Positions 58,462 through 64,000 of a stretch of 64,000 bases of DNA are shown one piece after another. How positions within the stretch are numbered: the stretch's first letter is position 1; the number at the start of each line of letters is the position of its first letter. Both the position numbers and the translations under genes were made by a program. The notes beneath the pieces were generated by a model. That model did no database searches and was not told the origin of the DNA. It saw nothing but the letters and a program-made list of their open reading frames with translations. Source of the stretch: a virus; the IMG/VR virus record IMGVR_UViG_3300029309_000001, positions 32,001 to 96,000 of that record. One strand, given 5' to 3'.

Positions 58462-59487
58462 TTATGATTCCCAATAATTTTTAACTTGTGATAACATTCT
58501 GTCTAATATCTCTTCATTTAAAGGATTCTTAAAAAATTCTAAAATCTCTTCATTACTTTTACCTAATTTAACTTTAGTTTCAGATTCTATAATCCATCCT
58601 CTATTATCATTTGTCATAAACTGATAATATGTTGAATCTTTAATTAATGTTCTTAATGTAAGATTTTCCATTGAATCATTTGCTACAGCTATAAATGTAC
58701 TTGCAGCTGTAGTTGTAGATTTTTCATCACCTAAACCATTAATGTAAGCATCCATATTTTCATATAATACATCAATAGGTGTACTTCTAACATATTCATA
58801 ACTATGAGCATCAATCATTTTTGTTACATAAAATAATTTATCTTGATTTTCATCATATAATTTTTGAAGCATAGCTAATGCTTTATTTTTAACTTTAGAA
58901 GTTTTAGTTCTTGTATTAACAGTTTTCTTAACCTGATCTAAATAAAATCTACAATTTGGTATTGATTGTGCAGTTTCATAATCTTTTGCTACAATAGAAA
59001 ATCCTCCTGCTTTAATAGCATATAATTTTATAAGATCATATGGATCTTTTTTTGGATCTAAAAAGTATGGATCATTTCCAACTTTAATATGTATTTTACC
59101 CCAAAATTTATGATTGTCTGGTCTTAATACTTGAACTTTATTCCAAAACTCTGGATCTTTTTCATCTAATACATTAGCTGCTAGTTCTTTTTCTAATTGT
59201 ATTATAACTTTTCTAATTTCTTTTATTTTTGCTTTCTTTTCTGCATCTGGTAACATTTTTACATCAGGAGCAAATTCATTTAATCCTGTGACATATCTTT
59301 TGATACCATTTAATTCTAAACAAGCTAGGTCTTCTTGATGATATACTCCATCATGTAAAGTCATACCATATTTTTCTAAACCCATGTTTTCTTTTTGATC
59401 ATCAAAGTAAGGACGGATAGCAATTGCTTGATCCTTACCTTGTTGATATTTTTCATTAATTGTAAAATCTTTTGTCATTGTGCTCAT
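58462..59487 (-). CDS. Conserved capsid-module protein downstream of MCP (crAss gene-75-like), function unknown
   Basis: 341 aa immediately after the MCP. Contains RYVTGL and FW...YFLDPKKDPYDLI. Synteny. Confidence 0.55.
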   Translation of the reverse strand: MSTMTKDFTINEKYQQGKDQAIAIRPYFDDQKENMGLEKYGMTLHDGVYHQEDLACLELNGIKRYVTGLNEFAPDVKMLPDAEKKAKIKEIRKVIIQLEKELAANVLDEKDPEFWNKVQVLRPDNHKFWGKIHIKVGNDPYFLDPKKDPYDLIKLYAIKAGGFSIVAKDYETAQSIPNCRFYLDQVKKTVNTRTKTSKVKNKALAMLQKLYDENQDKLFYVTKMIDAHSYEYVRSTPIDVLYENMDAYINGLGDEKSTTTAASTFIAVANDSMENLTLRTLIKDSTYYQFMTNDNRGWIIESETKVKLGKSNEEILEFFKNPLNEEILDRMLSQVKNYWES

Positions 59488-59522
59488 AACTAATTTTTTT
59501 GGTTTTTTGTTATTATTGGTTT

Positions 59523-59560
59523 AAAAGAAATAGGGAGGAGCACTAGGCTCCCCCTTCTTT
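59523..59560 (-). terminator. Intrinsic terminator after MCP
   Basis: Minus strand GGGGGAGC-CTAGT-GCTCCTCC (one G-U pair) followed by CTATTTCTTTT. Confidence 0.8.
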
Positions 59561-59577
59561 CATATAATTAATTAAGA

Positions 59578-61218
59578 TTAGAATGATCCTCCTGTTACAG
59601 GATTTTTCATAACAATCTTAAGAACTTTAGTTGGGTCTTTAACCCATACAGCTGGCATGGTTTGAGTCATCATTACTCGGTATCCATTAAAGTTACCTGA
59701 TGAAGCAAATCCTTGACTACGTCCCATATAGTCCATAGTACCATTTTGGTAGAACCACTTAAGTTGATTATCCCAAGATAATTTTAATAAGAAAATATTA
59801 TCTTGAACATTATCAGTTACATCAAAGATAATAAAGCTGTAAGAAGATAAAGGTCTTCCATCTACTAATGGATTCTCAATGTCATTAGTATGCAAGTTAT
59901 CAAACGCTGGGTTTAATACAAACTGTACATTAGCTAAGAATGGAATCACATAAGAAGTAAATGCATATCCAAAACCTAAATCCATTGGATTACCTTTAAT
60001 AATTCCTAAGTTATCAGCATTTACAACTGCACCTGTACCTAACGCACCAGTACCAGTTAATCCAGCTGCTTCAGCTCTAATAGCTTCATTAATAAGTTTC
60101 ATACCACCAATTCCTGTTTGTACTACTAAAGTACGTCCTGGATCTGGTCCTTCTAATTCAACTTTTCCTTGATAGAAGTTGTAAAGTTCATTTTTGAACA
60201 TGTCAAGATCAAATGAAGCTTTGTTATATACTCTCTTAAATGAGTTATCTAACTGCTTCCAAAGACCAACTGATAATCTAATATCATCTGGACCGTCTTG
60301 TCTAACTCTACCACCATGACCCCACATTAAGTAAGTCTCAATGTCATTTGCTACTTTAGTAAGGTGTGCAGCTTCCATAGAAGTTAAGAATGTTCTAGAA
60401 AGAGATCCATTATCAAATGCTCTCTTAATATAATCTTTACCCATAGCTGTAACCATACCTTCTAATGTAGAAATGGATGGATCAATGTTTTTGTCAAAGT
60501 TTCTCCAAATCTCTGTAACAGGTACAGTACCATCAGCATTCATTCCACCTTTCATCATTAAATCTGCTCTTGATGAAATTGAATAATGAACGTGTGCTTC
60601 AGCTCCTCCTACAAAGTTGTAGAACTCACGGAAACCTGCTCCTGTTTCAATATCAGAAAATCTTTCACCATACTCACCTCTAGCAGAACCTTTTCTAAAG
60701 AACTTAGTTCCTGCTACAAGATATTTAGTTGCATCTAAACCTGTATTACTTGCATTGTTAACAAGTTGTACAGTATAGATAAATCCATTACCAGCTGGTA
60801 ATATATCATCAGCTGTAATGTAAAGCTCAAGTCCATTATACTTATCATAAGTAATAATATCTCCGTGCCCAAATGTACGTTTAGAAAGTTTAATTCTAAA
60901 CTTTTGACCATCCTTTCCTACAACAGTTTCACCTGCTATATTATCAGTAATGAAAGGTAAGTCAATTGCAATAGGTGTCTGCCATTTGTATTCACCTCTT
61001 GCATTATCCACCATAATTGTATTCTTACCACCGAAAGATGCCATTTGATATAAAGGCATTTCTACCTTTTGCGTCATTGCCCACAGATCAACTGGACCCA
61101 TGTCCATTGGTTCTGCGTTACCTAACATACTTGCTAAGTGATATGAATCAATATGTGAACTCGCTTTATAGCTTGTGTCTCTTAAGAACAAGCCATTGTT
61201 TAATACTGGAGTTGCCAT
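59578..61218 (-). CDS. Major capsid protein (crAss-like, HK97 fold)
   Basis: 546 aa with EYKWQ, IETYLMWG...GLWKQL, VVQTGIGGMKLIN, FVLNPAFDN and VWVKDPTK. Position after portal and scaffold, a dedicated terminator, and more C-ending codons (AAC/TTC/TAC) suggesting high expression. Confidence 0.85.
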   Translation of the reverse strand: MATPVLNNGLFLRDTSYKASSHIDSYHLASMLGNAEPMDMGPVDLWAMTQKVEMPLYQMASFGGKNTIMVDNARGEYKWQTPIAIDLPFITDNIAGETVVGKDGQKFRIKLSKRTFGHGDIITYDKYNGLELYITADDILPAGNGFIYTVQLVNNASNTGLDATKYLVAGTKFFRKGSARGEYGERFSDIETGAGFREFYNFVGGAEAHVHYSISSRADLMMKGGMNADGTVPVTEIWRNFDKNIDPSISTLEGMVTAMGKDYIKRAFDNGSLSRTFLTSMEAAHLTKVANDIETYLMWGHGGRVRQDGPDDIRLSVGLWKQLDNSFKRVYNKASFDLDMFKNELYNFYQGKVELEGPDPGRTLVVQTGIGGMKLINEAIRAEAAGLTGTGALGTGAVVNADNLGIIKGNPMDLGFGYAFTSYVIPFLANVQFVLNPAFDNLHTNDIENPLVDGRPLSSYSFIIFDVTDNVQDNIFLLKLSWDNQLKWFYQNGTMDYMGRSQGFASSGNFNGYRVMMTQTMPAVWVKDPTKVLKIVMKNPVTGGSF

Positions 61219-61278
61219 AATTTCACTCTTTTTTAGTTAATAATTAATTGTTGTTGTTGTTTTTTTATTTTATATTTT

Positions 61279-61950
61279 TTAAGCTACTATTTCTACTAGA
61301 TCTGCTACTGCTCCTCTACCTGCAGCTGCACCAGATTCTCTACCTTCTATTGCCCATCCTGCACCTGTCCATACTAATGATAAAGTTTGTCCTACCGCAT
61401 TAAAACCTGCAGTTGTCCAAGCTCCAGCTGTTGATGTTGGAGTTAATGTTCCTGCTGGTGTATCTGCTGCAACAGTTACTATTATTAATATAGTAGCACC
61501 TAATTCAGTAGAATCAGCTAATGTATAAGCTTTAGTTCCTGTTACATTTAAAATAACAACAGGAATTTTAGGATCTATTGCTCCTGTACTTACAGCTTGA
61601 TTTCTATCTTTTTCTGGACAAAGACTACATCCAGTTGTTACTTTTGATACAGCTTTACTAAGAATTGCTTGTTCTTTTACTATATCTTCTCTACTATTTA
61701 ATTTCCACATTGCTTCCATTATTTCTGTTGGAATTGCTTTAGCTGCATCAGCTGAATGTAAAAGTTGTACAGTACTAGTATCTTTACCTGATTTATAGTA
61801 TATATTTGTTTTTGTATTTGATGATTCATCTTGTTCAACTAATACAATATCTGTTGCTGAAATCCACATTAGATTTGAACGACCTTCAATTTCTATACCA
61901 AGCCATCTCTCACTATTGATAAGATTTGATGTGTTAACGTTTACTGCCAT
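61279..61950 (-). CDS. Putative head decoration / head-fibre protein
   Basis: 223 aa, two-part. The beta-rich C-terminal domain (AYTLADSTELG...TLTP...FNAVGQTLSLVWTGAGWAI) resembles phage fibre/decoration C-termini. Confidence 0.45.
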   Translation of the reverse strand: MAVNVNTSNLINSERWLGIEIEGRSNLMWISATDIVLVEQDESSNTKTNIYYKSGKDTSTVQLLHSADAAKAIPTEIMEAMWKLNSREDIVKEQAILSKAVSKVTTGCSLCPEKDRNQAVSTGAIDPKIPVVILNVTGTKAYTLADSTELGATILIIVTVAADTPAGTLTPTSTAGAWTTAGFNAVGQTLSLVWTGAGWAIEGRESGAAAGRGAVADLVEIVA

Positions 61951-61973
61951 TTTATTTTTGTTTTATTATGTTA

Positions 61974-63314
61974 TTAAAATCTTTTAAATATATTTCCTCT
62001 TGAAATCTTTCTTTTTGTAGCTGGTTTGCTAGAAGATGAAGATGTTGTTCTTCCTGTGTTTGATGCACTCTTGTCTGTTTGAGTTGTTTTTAATTTTCTT
62101 ACAGTTTTTTCAACAGCTTTAGTTTCTCCTTTTTTCATTATCTGTGCTTTATAACCATTAGGATCAGCTAATAACCATAATGCTTCAGATACTAAATTAT
62201 AATTTGGTTCAACAAATTGATACTTTTCTAATAAGTGTCCTAGTAGATTTGTATTTTCACCACTAATTGATGGGTATGCAGGATTAACTAATCCATTATA
62301 AATAAGTGATTGTATTTTTTTATCTACTTTTAAATCACCTATTTTACCACCTTTTAATGTATCATATACGTTTTTCATATAATTTTGAGATGCTTGTTCT
62401 TGTTGTTTCTTTTTCATTTCTTGTTCTTGAAGTTTTGCAGCAACAACTTTTTCTTGCATCTTATCTAATTTTGGTTTAAACTTAGCTGCTTGTTGTTCAA
62501 GCTTACCAAGATCTTTCCAAATTTCTATTTCTTCATCTATTTCTGAATCACTACCATAACCAGTTGCACCTAAATATTCTTTGATAATGTGCACTTGATC
62601 TTTTTCATTTTTAATATCACGTTGATATGATTCTTCTACATGAGATAAAGCTTTAAATAAACCTTTCATATCTTGCCCACCATCAGCAACATATTTTGCT
62701 GCTATTTGTAATTCTTGTGGTAAACTATTAAAGAACTGTGCTGGTGTTTCTCTTCTTACTGCATTTGCTCTTTCTTCTAAATTAGCTGCAATTAGTTCTT
62801 CAAAATCTTTTGCAGAATATTCTTCTAATGGTTTTTCATCATCAAATCCTACTAATTTATCTTCTGATATTAATTTATTAAATACATCAGCCATTCCTGT
62901 TATAGGTTTTCTACCTCTTTTTTTAGGTTCTTCTTCTATAACTTCATCAGTTTCAGGAGCTAATAACTCATCTATTTCATCTTTTGCTATAGGTGTTTCA
63001 GTTTGTTTTACTTCTTCACCTTCTTTAGCTTCTGTAGCTTCTTCTGTAGCTTCAACTTTTTTTTCTGATTTTTCATTTAAATCAGTTGAATCATTTTTTG
63101 GTTCTTCAATAACTGGTTCTTCTTGTTTGCCTGTATCATTATCATTAAGGAAAGACATATCTACTTTTCCTTCTCTTGAAAATACATTTGGTTTTTTTTC
63201 TGTTTCTTCAGGTAATGTAACACTACTTGCTCCTGGTGCTCCACTGAAGATTTCATCCAAGTTAATATCTACATCTTGGACTTTAGTTTCTACGGTTTTT
63301 TCTATATCTGCCAT
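61974..63314 (-). CDS. Putative capsid scaffolding protein
   Basis: 446 aa. Highly acidic, disordered N-terminal half, coiled-coil middle and basic C-terminal tail. Located between portal and MCP. Confidence 0.6.
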   Translation of the reverse strand: MADIEKTVETKVQDVDINLDEIFSGAPGASSVTLPEETEKKPNVFSREGKVDMSFLNDNDTGKQEEPVIEEPKNDSTDLNEKSEKKVEATEEATEAKEGEEVKQTETPIAKDEIDELLAPETDEVIEEEPKKRGRKPITGMADVFNKLISEDKLVGFDDEKPLEEYSAKDFEELIAANLEERANAVRRETPAQFFNSLPQELQIAAKYVADGGQDMKGLFKALSHVEESYQRDIKNEKDQVHIIKEYLGATGYGSDSEIDEEIEIWKDLGKLEQQAAKFKPKLDKMQEKVVAAKLQEQEMKKKQQEQASQNYMKNVYDTLKGGKIGDLKVDKKIQSLIYNGLVNPAYPSISGENTNLLGHLLEKYQFVEPNYNLVSEALWLLADPNGYKAQIMKKGETKAVEKTVRKLKTTQTDKSASNTGRTTSSSSSKPATKRKISRGNIFKRF

Positions 63315-63350
63315 AATTTTAAATTTGTTGGTTTCTAATTATTACATTAA

Positions 63351-63362
63351 TAATATACAAAA
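63351..63362 (-). promoter_or_regulatory. Phage promoter-like motif TTTTGTATATTA
   Basis: Exact copy. Minus strand TTTTGTATATTATTAATGTAA, preceded by the inverted repeat CCTTAAAAA/TTTTTAAGG (63377-63411). Confidence 0.6.
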
Positions 63363-63427
63363 AATTCTACCATAAACCTTAAAAATTTTAAATGAAATTA
63401 ATTTTTTAAGGAGTATATAGCTAAGTA

Positions 63428-64000
63428 TTATTTTTTATTATTATCAGTATCTTTTTTGTTTGCATTTTTTGCAGATTGTACATCATATTTGTTCTTATTT
63501 TCACGTGCAATTTCAAGATTTGTTTGTGCAATATCACGTTGTGCAGATATTTTTTCTCTTTCTACAGATAATTTATCTTGTGCTGTTGCTCTATTGTTAA
63601 CTGCTTCTTCTCTTTTAAAGTCCATTTGATCTCTGTATTGATCTCTTTGTTGCATATCTTTCATTGCATCACGGAAATCACTCATTTGATTTTGATCAAT
63701 ATCTGTTTGTGCTCCGTAACCTGCTGCTCTGATTTCAGCAACCATAAGATCTTTTCTTCTATCTGCTTCTTTTTGTTGCGTTTCAAAGTCACGTTCAGCT
63801 TGTTTTTCAGCAGCTTGTGCTTCAAGTTGTTGTTGTTGCATTTGCTGTTGAGATTCTTGCTGTTGTCTTTGCATAGCTTCTTGTTTTGTTTCAGCATCTT
63901 TAAGAATGTCTGTAACTTCTGCAATGGAATCTGCTTTAACAATACTACCAAGATCATATATACTTGCACCAGAAGTATTATTTTGTAGTGCTAATTGTTT
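63428..64000 (-). CDS. Portal protein, C-terminal part (5' end outside window)
   Basis: The frame is open to 64000 (KQLALQNNTSGASIYDLGSIVKADSIAEVTDILKDAE-...-MQRQQQESQQQ). Gln-rich coiled-coil tail and position before scaffold and MCP. Confidence 0.65.
   Translation of the reverse strand, partial: KQLALQNNTSGASIYDLGSIVKADSIAEVTDILKDAETKQEAMQRQQQESQQQMQQQQLEAQAAEKQAERDFETQQKEADRRKDLMVAEIRAAGYGAQTDIDQNQMSDFRDAMKDMQQRDQYRDQMDFKREEAVNNRATAQDKLSVEREKISAQRDIAQTNLEIARENKNKYDVQSAKNANKKDTDNNKK

Noticed and set aside
1879-61218. Inteins, introns or homing endonucleases in vRNAP or MCP
   Set aside because: I recognised no Hint splice-junction motifs, LAGLIDADG/HNH motifs or frame breaks by eye. A profile search would be needed to exclude them fully.
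4211-63988. Plus-strand ORFs in the track (e.g. 4211-4720, 22045-22371, 54628-55002, 63578-63988) and nested minus ORFs 36240-36452 and 63682-63969
   Set aside because: They are antisense or alternative-frame shadows of long genes, with I/F/S/L-biased composition and no motifs.
1-64000. Stop-codon reassignment (TAG/TGA), known in some crAss-like phages
   Set aside because: ORFs up to 15 kb are uninterrupted in code 11 and tile the window. All stops are TAA except one TAG (46598), so there is no sign of recoding in this region.
1-64000. tRNA or rRNA genes
   Set aside because: Intergenic gaps are at most ~140 nt and AT-rich, with no cloverleaf or T-loop consensus seen.
1-64000. Eukaryotic or giant-virus (NCLDV) origin suggested by the ECM-like domains
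   Set aside because: Portal-scaffold-MCP-ring-muzzle-vRNAP order, TAATG coupling, intrinsic terminators and TAnnTTTG elements all point to a tailed Bacteroidota phage.

Overview
This AT-rich 64 kb window is the virion (late) gene block of a large crAss-like or related Bacteroidota podovirus. All credible genes are on the minus strand, tightly packed, and read in the standard code. In transcription order (64000 to 1): portal C-terminus, acidic scaffold-like protein, head-decoration-like protein, major capsid protein, conserved capsid-module and ring proteins, Cys-rich fibre/adhesin proteins (vWA-like, FN3, GCTDP repeats), a metallophosphoesterase, an HU/IHF-like protein, two more ring-like proteins, and a 2528 aa muzzle/tail-tube protein with two vWA inserts. 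Four large cargo/ejection proteins follow, then a 5018 aa virion RNA polymerase polyprotein (DFDID motif plus zincin) and the start of another large zincin-like/PD-(D/E)XK protein that the ORF track missed. Most interesting: (1) a recurrent x-[KQE]-x-GG(-SL-x-KAQ) motif, about 20 copies, that delimits unrelated modules in three consecutive cargo proteins and suggests processed or shuffled polyproteins; (2) an outer-membrane beta-barrel-like module among those modules; (3) a possible pseudoknot/anti-SD RNA switch in the 57.6-57.75 kb leader; (4) a phage-specific promoter-like motif alongside two host-type TAnnTTTG promoters. All calls rest on motif recognition and synteny only; no searches were run.
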